Shown: positions 14,710 to 27,957 of the stretch, one piece after another
Position numbering within the stretch: position 1 is the first letter of the stretch
Layout of the letters: every line of letters starts with the position of its first letter
Source: Mytilus edulis
Taxonomy: Eukaryota
Assembly (NCBI RefSeq): GCF_963676685.1
Contig: NC_092347.1
Location: 62,620,001 to 62,684,000, forward strand
Direction of reading: 5' to 3'
DNA: 64,000 nucleotides
Notes under the pieces: generated by a model
The model's input: only the letters and a program-made list of their open reading frames with translations
Database searches by the model: none
Told to the model about the DNA's origin: nothing
Position numbers and translations under genes: made by a program

Positions 14710-15160
14710 CCGTTTACTATGCATGTTAAAAAACTTCCATTGACTATGTATATTAAAGACATTTTATTGACTATGCATATACAAAAAACATCCATTGACA
14801 AGGTATATCAAAGAAAATTTATCGACTATGCATATTAGAAAACCTCCATTGACTAATCATATCAAATACTTTTTTATTGACTATGCATATACAAAAAAAT
14901 TCCAATGACTATGTATATCACAGACATTTTATTGACTATGGATTTCAAAGAATTTCTATGGCTATGTATATCAAGAAAATTCAATTGACTATGCATATCA
15001 AAGACATTTTATTGATCATGCGTATTAAAAAAGATCCATTGACAGTGCAAATCAAAGATCTTTGATAAACTATTCATATCATTGAACTTCCATGGACTAT
15101 TCATATCAAAGAACTTACGTACACTGTGCGTATCTTGGAACTTTTAAAGACTAGCATATC
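14710..15160. repeat. Degenerate minisatellite, ~27 bp unit (alternating ~54 bp dimer)
   Basis: Recurring TTGACTATGCATATCAAAGA... Confidence 0.8.
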
Positions 15161-17341
15161 AAATTTCTTGTATAAAATATATATTTCATGGAGCTTTAGT
15201 AGACTTTCCCTATTTTCCATTTTCTGTTTTGGTTGGAAAATTTTGAAATTTTTTTTTTTTTACTTTAACATTATCATTACTTCGTATACACTCTTTATGT
15301 ACGACAAGGCTTTTAAATTTTTGCTCGAATGTTTGTATAGCGGCTCAGGGCAAACTTATTATGCAATTTTGGAAATGTGTAATATATTGTTAATTTGCTG
15401 TACCCAGTTGATTATTCCTTCCCTTAAAATCACATAAAAAATTTCAAAATTTCATCCATTAAAAAAAATGTTACCATTAATTTCTTTTTGTCACACAGTA
15501 GATATAAAACGAATACTCTTACCAAAAATCTAAAACATGACTGGATATACAATAACCGCTTGTCCAGTTTGAAATTTAGTTGTGTCTCTTTAGACAGATT
15601 TGACGTGTTACCATTAAAAACGCAAATATTATTTAATTACATGAAAACTTAACCTATATAATTAAATTGATAATCTGAATAAGCGATGTTCATCTTGATT
15701 TTCTTTCATGTTATATTTTCCATCAAGTCATCTCTGATCTAATGAATTTTTACATGTTTAATGGACTTGTAATTTCTAATAACGAGTTACCATTTGAACT
15801 CTTAACACTTAAAGTGTCCACTTAGTGACCATAAGCTGAAACACTCAATACTAAAACCCATAAGGAACCTTCGCGAGGACAAGTAGATCGCTCCACCATC
15901 TGTATAGCTAAATTTTAATTGGAAAACAATCGGAAAGTTAGCTCGCGAGTTTGACAGGCGGAGTTGTTTAAGGTGGCTCCCCACGGGTTAGTTTTGTTTT
16001 GGTGTCAAGTATATCGGCATAGTATGACAAACCATATTTTGTTCGAATGTTGTTATAGGGTGGTCGGAGTGAATGAATGACCACAATAAGCGGCATGTGC
16101 ATTGGTCAACAGGTGTACAATTGAAGTTAGACAATTTGGTTATCTATTAATTGGCTGCAGTCATGAGAACGTTGTGAAAGGTGCATAGAACTTTTTACAA
16201 GTATTTGTCAGTTTAGGAAAATGACAGACTTCGTCTTAAACAACAGTATTTGGAGTGCAAAGGCTAATACAGAATTTTGTTTAAACTTTCGAGACAAAAG
16301 AATCCATGATTTGTCTCGTGATGTCACGTTTTTATCTTGTTAGTTCAAGTAGCAACTGTCATACAATATCTAAGTCTGTCAAGATGGGATGTCTAAGGGG
16401 TAGATAGTATTCTTCTCTTTTGTAATTTCGAGATAATAAAGACATTTCTATAATTTCATTTTCTTCAATAGGTTGATTAACTCTTCCAGTTTTGACAATT
16501 GTTATATCCAATCTGTAATTTTCCGTCTGTTATTTTTTACTACTGTCTATCTGTTTCATTTTTTTTTTTTTTTTGGTCATGTTGGGGTATATCCAATTCC
16601 GATGTATGAAATTGTATTTCATTTTCGGAAATTTCGTACTTTTTTTATTATACTAGATAATGAAAATTCCCATAGCATTCAGGAATATGTTTTATTGTAT
16701 TATTTGTAGTTGTTTTTTTTATTATCTCTTATCATCCTAATAATACATTTTAAAATCAAATAGTTAAGCAAATTTATAATTTTGAAATAAAAAAGTACAG
16801 TCCAAAAATTTACCGAGTAAACTTTTCAAAATACGGGGTTATATCATTCTTCAATCTTAATTTAAAGCAGGTTCTCACTTTTTCAGTGGTTCGTTTTGCT
16901 GGGGGAACACAGCTTTTTTAGTATTCAACTGGAAAGAATTATTTTCACAATATTTTAGAATTATTTCTTTAACTTCCGTTTATTTTTTTGCAGGATTATA
17001 GATGTACTAAAACTGGTGAGGTATATGATACACTCTGAAATATTGGACGAAGAACGATCAAGAATTTCTGGTGACAAAATCAGCAATTAAAACCTTTCGA
17101 TTTTTACCACTACATCTTCGGCTGTTTACATTTAACAGTAAACTTAAAATTATTCTAGATAGAAGAAAACAAATGCATTCAATTTGTGAACTTGATAGAT
17201 ATGCAGCTGATTATTATATTATTACAGGAATGACTAAATTTGCAAATAAAGTAAATGCACTTTTCTATTGTTTAACAGTCTAGGTGTTTTTTGTATATTT
17301 TTTGCCTACTCCTCACGTTTACGCAAATTTTTATACATTCA

Positions 17342-17452
17342 TAAATAGTTATGAAAGGTACTATGATTATAATTTAGTATGCCAGACACGCGTTGTGTCT
17401 ACATAAGACTCATCAGTGACGCTCATATCAAAATATTTATAAAGCCAAACCA
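17342..17452 (-). mobile_element. 5'-truncated hammerhead mini-element (GAAA mutated to ACAA)
   Basis: Closely matches the reverse complement of 2426-2525. An empty-site paralogue lies at ~18055-18080. Confidence 0.75.
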
Positions 17453-17708
17453 CTTAGTCACCACATTCAGACCGATGACTACAAAATGCTCTAGTTATGC
17501 AAGGGGCGATTTTTCTTGGTCATTTTTTTTTCTAATTTATTGTAAAAAGTTTGATTATTTTTCTACACTAAACGACATTTAAAAAGAATAAATTAGACTC
17601 TTCTAAAAAAAGAGGATGAAAAGTTCCAATGTCGTCATCATTGCATCAAAAGTTCAAAAATTTCAATTCCCATTGAAACAACTTCTTTCTAATTTAAGGA
17701 ATGATTGC

Positions 17709-17835
17709 AATATTTGTTCTGTCTATGAAGAAATAACATCAAAAATATTATGCACACTGAATAACCTGCGTAGCAAGTAATTCAAAACTGTGCACCACGT
17801 TTTTTAGATTATTTCGAAAAGACAGAAAAATATTA
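17709..17835. mobile_element. Fold-back MITE-like palindromic element
   Basis: Imperfect inverted arms ttctgtct..gaaataa..aaaaa..tgcaca / tgtgca..ttttt..ttatttc..agacagaa. Confidence 0.6.
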
Positions 17836-18565
17836 CAGTAATATACATAAAATATTAGCATATATTTTCCTTAAATCTTAAGAAATGCAATAACACTGCA
17901 GACATGCAGCTGATTATTCAACGGTTGTTTGAGTGACTAAATGTGCAAATATAGCAGATGTTCACTTCCTTATTATTATTGTTTAATAGTAGGTGTGTTT
18001 TGTGTATTTATGTCTCGTGGCTTGCAAACTCTAGAAAATTTACGCAACCTTGTTTTATACTTATTCACAACATTCAGTCTGTTGACTTCAAAATGCTCTA
18101 CTTTTCCCACATTTTTTAGTCGAATTTCCTGGACCAATTTGCTTTCTAACTTGTTTGAATAAACTTCGAAATTTAGTTATTTTTTTATTGAATTACAGTC
18201 AAAGTAATCATGGTGTTTTGATTAAAAATATACAAATATGAATTAAATTAAAAGCCTGTTAGATATTTTGACAAAATATATGAGATATTCACTATGTCCA
18301 AGGGAACAAAATTATACATAATTCTATAAAATATGGGAAAATTTTACATTTTTGTTAAAAGAGTTGGTTTCACATACCATATGCACCCCATTCAACTTTT
18401 TTATATATGCTTACTATTTTACCTCTTGAAGGACGAGATGTGAAAACTTCGAATATCTGTCAACCAAAACATAAAAAATTGCACAAACATCTAAAATCCT
18501 TTTAAAACAGTTTTTATTTTATTAAGGAATGGATTGAACATTTGAACATTTGAACAAGTACATAA

Positions 18566-19060
18566 TTAAATTCCAATACTTTTAGTAACAGAAAGTCGAT
18601 CCTTCAAAGACTCCGTCTTTAGCTGTGCCAATTTTCCATCGACCATGCTTTTTGAACAATCCGTCCTCTACACCAGCCTCTGCATTAGCCGATGCCCTTC
18701 CTGAACGGAGACTGTGCAGTCAAATTGTTTTACTATCTAAGCCAATACTCTGTAAACTGGAAAGTAGTATTTCCCGAGCTCTCGTGTATGACAACGGACC
18801 TGTACTTCTAAGTTTATAAGTATTATTAGATTTACGAAAAATTACAGATCTAAATATAAATTCATCAGAATTTAATGTAATACTAGCTAATTTGAGATAT
18901 CGTTCAAGCATTGAGACAGGACACGTTACAAGATAAGTTCTAGATATAACCACACCCCTCCCTTCTCTGTAAATATCAGTTTTGCTCTTCGCCAAATATA
19001 AATTGACGTGTGTAGAATAAATCGTTATATAGATGCCTCTCAAATTAACTAGTTCTGAAA
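18566..19060 (-). pseudogene. Tyrosine recombinase remnant of the DIRS-like element
   Basis: ORF 18720-19043 plus frameshifted continuation HSLRSGRASA.AEAGVEDGLFKKHGRWK...LKDRLSVTKSIGI*. Confidence 0.85.
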
Positions 19061-19294
19061 TGGAGTTATATTATGTAATTAAGTCCACTAACAGAAAGCA
19101 TTACAAGCATACTGATACTTTTTACGAGTGTTCAGAGAACGTGAGCTCAAGCAAGACTCTGGTAGTCCAATGTAGAAAGTTCACTCGAAATATCTAAGTT
19201 CTGTTTCCATCTACCAACTCGAAAAATATCTGAAATATGTGTAATCGTGAAACAAACATTATTAAATGTCAAAAAATTAAAATTTATACAATTG

Positions 19295-19572
19295 AACCAT
19301 GCCACTATAAAAATAACAGGACCTTGTCCAATATTTATTTGACCATGTCAGCTACAATGCTGTATACATTACGGCCGTGTTGAATAAAACAATGCTGTCT
19401 ACAATATATATACACTAGGGCCTTATCAACAACGACCATGCCTGCTACAATACACATTCGTGTACTAGGGTCTCATCACTTAAACCTCGCCAGCTACAAT
19501 ACACATTCATGTACTAGGGCCTCGTCACTTTAACCTCGCCAGCTACAATACACTTAGTGCACTAGGGCCTTG
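19295..19572. repeat. ~47-48 bp tandem repeat in the pol-YR spacer of the DIRS-like element
   Basis: ACCTCGCCAGCTACAATACACATTC.TGTACTAGGGCCTC.TCACTT x3 plus degenerate copies. Confidence 0.75.
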
Positions 19573-19689
19573 TTATCCTTGTAGCATCTAATTTTACTAC
19601 CAAAACTGGAGCAATAAAAGGCTAAGTGCCAAAAATGGATTTACCTTTAGAACAACTGATAAAAATACCACTAGTATTTTCAAATTCAA

Positions 19690-21430
19690 TAACATCAGAT
19701 ATGTTATCTCTGTAATTCATATTCAAAAATGAATGGCCAATAGGTCGCAGATATCCATTTCGGTACAATCAAAATACCTTTAGCTTTACAAGCAATTACA
19801 TGTTTTATAGCTCTCAACATTAGGTAAATAGGTGGTACAATCCAATTGTTTTCACCAGACCAATTATGAGTAAAACAGTCTACAGCTTCTGTATTTGCGT
19901 TCCAAAATAAAGAGTTAAATCTTTCTAATTTTGTGTTACGAGAACTAGCAAAAGGTCGTTAATAAAAGTATAGAAAAATTCTGAAACACCCCGTCTTCAT
20001 AATCAATGATTTTACTGATATAATCAGCTTTCGAATTTACGCCTCTCAGAATCCATTGTATGTATATGGAGATTCCCTTTTGTAAACAAATAGAAAAAAA
20101 TGGCAATTGCTATATCTTGCAGTTTTTCTTTCATGCTGCCTGCTTGAACAATTCTGACACAATTTTGATTATCAGTTAACATTTTAAGGATTTTCCAGCA
20201 AATGCATGTTGATAAGACATTAACGCCAATTCTAAGGCTTTCAGTTCCCTCCACGTGGAACTCTCTAACATTTCAGAGGATTTCCACAAAGTGTGAAATT
20301 TTTTACTCTCCAGCTCTACTGTACATGCTCCGGCAGCTATGCTGCTAGCATAAGAATAAATCATTACATGCTACTGGCTATATTGATTTAATGTTTTGAA
20401 ATTGACAACTCAATGTTATCAAGCCAGAATTTTAATTCTGATATAACAAAACTTTTACTTTCTAAAACTAAATAACTGTCCCATGACATTCTACTTTCAA
20501 TAGACATATAACAATATCTAGTCATAATTCTAGTAATATTTCCGATCACAGGAGACATACTTATAATTCTACTCGTTACCTGGGCTAAATTTGTGGCAGA
20601 AATATATGGAATTTATCTGAAAACATTATTGATAGATAATACTCCAAATTGACAATCGAAATGATTCACACAGGCGTTGGTTCACCTCGAGGTGTTTAAT
20701 TTAATATTATTGATAGATGTTAACAATTTGTCAATTCTCCTTTGAGGAATGCTTAAAGGAAAATTACATGAATCCCAAATAAGTCCCAACCACTCTAACT
20801 TCTGTACTGTAGTAAAATCTTATTTTTCTCCGTTAAGAAGAAAACCTGCATTTAAAAGTGATTGTTTCACAAATTCAGCATCTTTGATACATTCATTATT
20901 ATTATCAATATATAAGGACCCGTGGAAATACCAAATGCTAAGACGGTGAAACAATAAAATTTGTCTTCCCACGAAAAACCAAGATACGTGTGATGCTGTG
21001 GACATATATCCAAATGAAAATAACCAGATTTCAAAGAAACTTAATACAGATAATCATTTGTCTGAAAGTATTCTACAGCAATTTTCCAATCTTCAAATTT
21101 AATCTTATCTTTTTTTCACCGATAAATTCAAAGTGCTCACATCTGAAATTAGACTCCTCTTCCCAGACTTTTGTGTAGCTACAATCAGCGGATTGACAAT
21201 ATAAGGTTGAAATGGAACCTAAATAACGCAACTTGAAAGAACAAGTTCATTTACAGATTTGCTAACACATTCATTTTTCTGAAAAGCAGATTTGTTATTT
21301 TTCATGTACATGCTCGATGGACTATCGATAAATGGAATAAAATATCTATTTTTCAGTGTGTCTAAAATAAAAGAATTTGCACCAATATGCTTTCAGTACT
21401 GAATACGTTTAGCTAACCTTCCCTTTACAC
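19690..21430 (-). pseudogene. RT-RNase H-MT pol remnant of the DIRS-like element
   Basis: Fragmented ORFs 20820-21005, 20176-20364 and 20024-20254 with DIRS pol motifs. Confidence 0.8.
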
Positions 21431-21589
21431 CAGAGAAAATACCCGTGTTAGATTTGAAATTTTCAAAAAATCTGACTTGTCTAAGCAAAATTTCAATATC
21501 GGGATTTAAACAATAATTACTATCAAAATCAGAAGATAAATATAAATTCTTATTATTAACTAACTGTTTGTTGTTAATTGTTCTGTTGT

Positions 21590-22299
21590 GTATTGCTGAT
21601 GTTGAACTGGTTGGACAAGTGGACAGTTCCTTCTCCAATGACCAAATTGCTTACAGGCATGGCACATGTCGTGCTGGGACGGCTCATGCCGTCCGCTGCC
21701 GACTCGAAAGGGAGGCGGGTTCTGACGATGATATTGATAGACATAGTTAGTATCAGGAGCTGGTCTAGAGGTTGTCTTGTAAGGGTGTGGGCGACGGGAT
21801 TTCTGGACTCCGCCTGGCGGATTTTCTTTTTATCTTCAGAATCTGAAGCGATAACATTTGCTTCATATTCCCTGACAGTAGCCCAACCACTCACTGAAGT
21901 ATCTGCAATACGTTCAAGTTTGTTTCTATCCTTAACCTTGTCTATGGGGTCTATGATGATACGCGAGATCTTGGTATCGGAACGGGGAACAAAGCTATAA
22001 TCCGTGCTTAATTCTGTAATAGTTTCCTCGTTAAATGTGTACTGAATTGTGTTGCCTGTCCTTGAATTTAAGGGAAACCTCTTCTTTTAACTTTTAGAAT
22101 TTACGTCCTGTTCACGGACCAAATCTGATTTGAGATCAACGAGCTTATTTTCAAAATACACTTTAAAAAGTTCAAATGTATCGGCTGAATCACGGCGCTC
22201 TTTTACTATGCGGTTGTTACTTTGTGATTTACCGGTTGTAATGTGTGAATGCTCAGTCTCACCTTCAGACATTGGACTTCCTTCTCTATTCTCGGACAT
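21590..22299 (-). pseudogene. Gag remnant (CCHC zinc knuckle) of the DIRS-like element
   Basis: ORFs 22087-22314 and 21574-21894; CHACKQFGHWRRNC at ~21620-21667. Confidence 0.8.
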
Positions 22300-22462
22300 A
22301 CTCAAGTTAAGCACAAGCTTGTAACTTTACTGCATCAAAAGCGAACCTCGAATGACAATATCTTAATTAAATTTGCACAACCACCAAAAGTATAGCGCGA
22401 AATATTTGAATTGACCTTATTCAAATATTGTGGTCAGTTCTAACTCGACCAATAAAAAACAT

Positions 22463-22518
22463 GTAAATAGTTATCAAAGGTACCAGGATTATAATTTGGT
22501 ACGCCAGACGCGCGTTTC
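22463..22518 (-). repeat. 3' half of the hammerhead mini-element (GAAACGCGCGTC-tggcgt plus tail)
   Basis: Consensus palindromic stem III and GTC triplet; 5'-truncated before stem II. Confidence 0.7.
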
Positions 22519-24138
22519 TATACTTTCAACACGTGTATAGTTATAAACAAATACACGTGGTAATGTAATACATACCGTTGTACGTAACTTTAATAAATAT
22601 ATTTAACATTATGTGTTTGTTTGTATATTATTATCTCTTATTATCTCCTTCACATTTGCGCACTTTACTTTTTTTAAACCTATGCAGAACCATCAATTTC
22701 AAAGCACGTGCTATTGCTTAAAATGTAAAATGGCTTTAAATTGAACGCCTGTTATATGAGGTGCCAAAAAAACAAAGATATGAGGAACTATTGATGTCAA
22801 AGGCAACAATGTCCAACTAGTTATATACATTATGGCAAAATACTACATTCTTGTATGCAAAGCAAAACGTAAGTTTATTTTTGCATAATTAACATACCTT
22901 GTGCATTCCATTATACTTTTATTTATCAATACTAACTGTTATACCTCTTAAAACAGAAGGAAGGAACAATTCCAATATTAGTATTTTTCACCATGAACCA
23001 GTAAACCAGTACAAAAATCTAAAATCCGCAGAAACGAAGTCTATGTATATTAATAAATGAATAGGAAGATTATGTTTGGTCATTTAAGTTAAGTAGTTTA
23101 ACATCATTTTCACGATTTAGATATTTAAAAATTGACATAATTTACGGAAAAATAAATCAAAACGAAATAGCACAATAGTGCCAAATATGGTTCTGAACAC
23201 TAATCAATTCATGTAAACGACATGTACGTGACGGTGCGTCCTCGCTTGATATTCTTACTTATAAGGTCAGTACCAAAAACTAAAATATAATTTTTCTATA
23301 TTTGGCTCCTTTATAATTATGTTGGATAATGATTATCATGAAATAATTTGTTATGCCTCGAATAGAAAAGACACGATCTTGAAACAGATTTCTTTTGAGC
23401 TTTTCTTTATTCTAGATCACAATCAGTTCAACGAAAACAATATAATTGTTAGTGAGATCACCCATTCATTAACACATATCTGTTTATAAAGATGAAAGTG
23501 ATAGACGCAACACGAGATAATTTTGGACCTCCTTAAACATTTACAATTAGTAAGCCATCTCCAGGAAATGATATATCAGCTAAAAACCTGATTGAAATTT
23601 TATGTACTTTTTTTATTATCTATAGTAGCAAAACTATTCCCAATTAGCCGTTTAGAAGCTAAAGGACTATGACTGATATAATTGTTCGTACCCAAAATGA
23701 AAATAACATCACGTCATGGGTTGAATTTCCATTCTGTAGGACGTCTTTAACCTACCAAGACGTGAAAGGTCAAAGATAGACGTCCATCTGCGGTATTTTC
23801 TGGAAGACCAATAATTATTATTGCAACTCTGTTATATTAGCGGCAGCAATAGGGTTCACGAAATTAACACTATCAAAATCTTAGTCATAAAAGTCAAATA
23901 TGATGCCAAAGGAAAGGCAAATGTTTGAAATGACGTTCTTCCAGAATTGACACGATTTATAGGACAATATCAATAACAATTCATGTCAACAAAAAAGTAA
24001 TTGGGATACGCGGAAACCTCTACCAAAAGCTTTTTTTTTTTTAATCTCAACTTCATATTTTCAGGTGTTGCATACACTCTGAACTTCATATGGCTTTTCA
24101 TTTCTAAGTTGATCGTTACACGCATGCATGCTCAAATT

Positions 24139-24958
24139 AAGAAAGATAAGAAGTAAGCAATATCCTTTAACTTTACTTTCCGCTATATATATGATGTTCT
24201 CTCACTAAATAATACAAAATTTGGTGACTATGTTGAACGCATCTATCTGACCGAACTAGAGATAAAGGATACAATAGATACAGTTAAGTCGGCCTCATAT
24301 CTTGACTTACATCTAGAAATTGACAATGATGGTCAGTTGAAAACAAAACATTATAACAAAAGAGATGATTTTAGCTTTCCAATTGTGAACTTTCCATTTC
24401 TAAGTAGCAACATTCCAGCAACACCTGCATACAGGTTATATATCTCCCAATTGATACGATATTCCCGTGCTTGTATATCCTATCATGATTTTCTTGATAG
24501 AGGATTGCCGCTCACAAGGAAGCTATTAAACCAAGAGTTCCAAGTGGTGAAGTTGAAATCATCCCTTCGTAAATTTTACGGACGCCATCACGAGTTGGTT
24601 GACCGTTATGGAATAACCGCTTCACAGATGATATCGGATATGTTTCTTATGTCGTAACTACAATACCCTTCTCTAGCATGAATGTGACCTACCGAATTAG
24701 ACTATTTACCGGATTTGTTATAACATGAGCAATAGGACGGATGCCACATGTAGAGCAAGATATGCATACCCTGCCGGAGCACCTTAGATCAACCCCAGTT
24801 TTTTGTGGGGTTCGTGTTGCTTATTCTTTAGTTTTCTATGTTGTGTCATGTGTACTTTTGTTTGTCTGTTTGTCTTTTTCATTTTTAGCTATTACGTTTT
24901 CAGTTTATTTTCGATTTATGAGTTTGACTGTCCCTCTGGTATCTTTCGCCCCTCTTTT
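24139..24958 (+). mobile_element. 5'-truncated Naiad-type Penelope-like element (RT C-terminal half plus 3' UTR)
   Basis: FNFTFRYI(Y)DVLSLNN...YLDLHLEID...KRDDFSFPIVNFPFLSSNIP..AY..YISQLIRYSRAC...KFYGRHHELV, then stop at 24657 with no GIY-YIG. UTR matches 44667-44963. Confidence 0.9.
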
Positions 24959-25016
24959 AGTTCATTCACAGGGTTGTAATATTGAAACAAACACTGTTCT
25001 TGTAGTCGTCTGATCT

Positions 25017-25290
25017 TTAAAAGAAGAGCGAAAGATACAAGAGAGACAGGCAAACTCATAGATCGAAAATAAACTGACAACGCCATTGCTAAAAAGTAAA
25101 AAGGCAAACAGACACACACAAAAAGGACACAATACACAACATAGAAAAATAAAGACTAAGCATCACGAACCCCACCAAAAACTTGGGGTGATCTCAGGTG
25201 CTCCGGAAGGGTAAGCATATCCTACTCCATATGTGACACCTATCGTTTTGCTTATGTTTTTACAAACCCGGTAAATAGTCTAATTCTAAT
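25017..25290 (-). mobile_element. Naiad 3' UTR copy, inverted (tail-to-tail) relative to 24139-24958
   Basis: Reverse complement of ~24695-24958. Confidence 0.85.
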
Positions 25291-25739
25291 CTAGTCTAAT
25301 ATGACAGTTATGTTTTTGAATTTTATTTTGAAAAAACCAGGTGAGCAGTATTAACAGAAATAGCAGGTTGATGTGACAATAATTGGAATATAGCAGCAAT
25401 TCATCACAGACATAAAACACTGATTTGAACATTCAAACAAACAACCAATTAAATCTAGCAAAGATGCAAACTAAAACTGTGCTGAAATTAATAGTAAATT
25501 TGAGAAAGATGCCAACAAAAAAGTATGTGTAGGTGGTAAAAATTATATAAATTGACAAAACACAGATATAAAAGAAAGGTTTTTGTTTTGTAGTTGATAG
25601 TATAAACCGTATTTAGAATCTACAGTATTTATATATATTATACAAATTTGGTGTTTGTAGTCGGTTGTTTCGTATTAATATTGCACTATTCTTCGTTTCG
25701 TATATTTTCTGAATTCCGATGTTGTATGAAAATAATTTA

Positions 25740-25936
25740 TATAAGAGGGGGCGAAAGATACCAGAGGGACAGTCAAACTAATAGATCGAAAATAAACTGA
25801 CAAAGCCATGGCTAAAAAGAAAAACACAAACAGACAAATAATAGAACACAATATACAACATAGAAAACTAAACACTAAGCACTAAGCAACACAAACCCCA
25901 CCAAAAACTGAGGGTGATCTACAGTGCTCCGGAAGT
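25740..25936 (-). mobile_element. Naiad 3' UTR terminal fragment
   Basis: Reverse complement of ~24775-24958. Confidence 0.85.
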
Positions 25937-26511
25937 GTTCAATAGTGTTTGAAGGTGGTTGTTAAATATCCTGTTTATATCAAAAATATAGTCTTCAGCA
26001 AAACATACCGACTCAAAGCAGAAAGTTAATATGTTGAATCATGAACAATGATTTTATTATTAATAATACAAAAAATCAAACTAATTTGGCCTTTGTAGAA
26101 GTAGATTTTTTTTAAAGTTCCACCCAGAGCAGATCAACTTGGAACCTTCAATATGAGAAAAGAACCTGCTTGTCTGGCAATGTGCCAGCCAGGGAATGTG
26201 GAGCGAAGGGTTTTCACCAGGAGATGTCACAACAAATAGCATCTTCCGAAAAAATAGTTTTTAACAAAGAGAATTTGTCATACCTTTTCATTATTTCAAT
26301 TCGTTTGTATTCATAATTGCGAGCATGTAGTCATCCTTAGATTATCACTATAAATATAAAATAAGGAAATATAGTTTGATTGACAATAAGATAAACATCC
26401 ACTGTTGTCCAAAGGGCTTATCACTGTAAATGAGGAAAGTTTTCACAAATACAAAAACCAACACTGTAAAAAAATCATTTTTAAATGATAAGAACACGTT
26501 ATAACTTTCAT

Positions 26512-26555
26512 GCATCCGAAACATTTTTCTGGATTAACCTTTATCACAGACGCTC
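26512..26555 (-). ncRNA. Decayed hammerhead-like motif of a second family
   Basis: Minus strand gcgtc-tGTGATAA-aggttaatcca-GAAA-aatgtt-TC-ggatgc. Stem I gcgtc(t)/ggatgc; core degenerate. Confidence 0.5.
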
Positions 26556-27957
26556 AAAGCCGAATATTTTAAATCCGAGGACGTGATAGGTATAGAACCA
26601 CTAATCCAGGCCCGGTCGGAAAGAACATACAAGAAAGTAGTACATATTTTTAACAAAATAGTTCCTACGCATAGCTGTATCTTTGTCAATAGCGGGTATA
26701 TTCGGTTAATTGTGGTATCAAATGAAAGCCTGGGAACTTGGGATCTCTGTAAAACCCTTCTTGAAAGATTTATTTGAATAATAATGGAGTATTTGAAATT
26801 TTGATAGAAGGGCACATTTGACCTGTTGTTCAGATCAGAAATTCCTGTTTTTGTACTATCAAACTTCGGGGAACCAGTACGCTGTAATATGCAATTACAG
26901 ATATGTTGATTTTGCAGCACAAGCCACGATAAGCTACAGTTTTGACATGAAATAACTGACACTCTATTTGAACTCACGACAAAGTAGCCATTAATGCTTG
27001 AAATTGCAGAATTTAACATAGAAAGTAATGGGGCTATGAATTAGTTGTATTATACCTATAAGAACTGAATCAGTTGCCAAGTAAATAAATAAGGGCATCC
27101 ACTGCAATCACGGGGTACAATCAACAGCATCAAAACAGCAGAGCAACATACCATGTTGTCAATACAAAACAATAAGTTGTGGTATGATTGCCATGAGACA
27201 ACTATCCTATCTTATTTTCCTCCTTTTTTATTTTTTTCTTCTTTTGTTTGAGTTGAGAATCAACAGAGGAACCTGAATGACTGCACTCTGGCACACAAAG
27301 TATATGTATTATATCGGAGTGTAGAGAGAAGGAGGAAGATGGACACTACCGTGCTCGGAAAATTAGAAACTCTTGATCTCCTAGTAAACTATCGATCCTC
27401 TAAATAAACCTATTCTAAGAGGTCTCCAATTCAACACTGTAATTTGATCTTTGTTTTTATTGATTTTGTTATCAGTAAATGAAAAGCAAACTAAATATTA
27501 TTGTTATATACATATTCACTTCCTTTGATCTATAATCTGTCGATACCTGTATATTGGCATTGCACACGGTCATGTTTACCCCACAACATTCTGTATGAAT
27601 GTGCTGGTCACAAGACAGATGCCTATAGTTCAGTGGTTGTCGTTGGTTCCTGTGTTACATATTTGGTTTTCGTTCATTCATTTTGTACATTAATTAGGCC
27701 GTTAGTTATCTCGTTTGAATTGATGACAGTACGGTGACCTATAGTGGTAATTTCTGTTCCATTTGTTCTCTGTTGAAGAGTTGTCTCCTTGGTAATCATA
27801 CCACATTTTGGTAAGGCAAAGCTACGCAACTAAAAGTGTTGTTTTAACAAAATCGTGTAGGTTTGTTTGTCCTGTTTGTCGCAGTATGTTAATGACCACA
27901 TAATCGCTCATGTATTTGCATGAAGCCAAGATTATCGTATACTTCCGTTGGCATTTT

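Larger units (their letters stand above)
18500..22460 (-). mobile_element. Decayed DIRS/PAT-type tyrosine-recombinase retrotransposon (gag - RT/RNase H - methyltransferase-like - YR)
   Basis: Gag KDRNKL.RIADTS.SGWATVREYE..IASDSED plus CCHC knuckle CHACKQFGHWRRNC. RT LLNAGFLLN.EK, LGLIWDS, IPQRRIDKL. RNase H SSTWRELKA, TDNQNCVRIVQAGS. MT-like FNSLFWN..EAVDCF.HNWSGENNWIVPP. YR KSKTDIYREG, CPV, LSYTRAREI, HSLRSG, FKKHGRWK. Many stops and frameshifts; termini uncertain. Confidence 0.9.

Noticed and set aside
15800-16380. Slightly GC-richer stretch suggesting a promoter or exon
   Set aside because: All frames are interrupted and nothing is recognisable.
24741-25137. Hydrophobic ORFs in Naiad UTRs (also 25675-25875, 29482-30151, 33582-33767)
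   Set aside because: Translations of T-rich repeat sequence; identical ORFs only reflect DNA duplication.
25193-25225. SRP RNA helix-8-like CAGG..CCGGAAGG..AAGCA on the strand antisense to the Naiad RT
   Set aside because: Stem spacing is wrong and AGCAG is not conserved in the second family (~45817-45845); likely coincidence.
26534-27019. 161-aa minus-strand ORF
   Set aside because: No recognisable domain, and it runs through a decayed hammerhead repeat; probably spurious.
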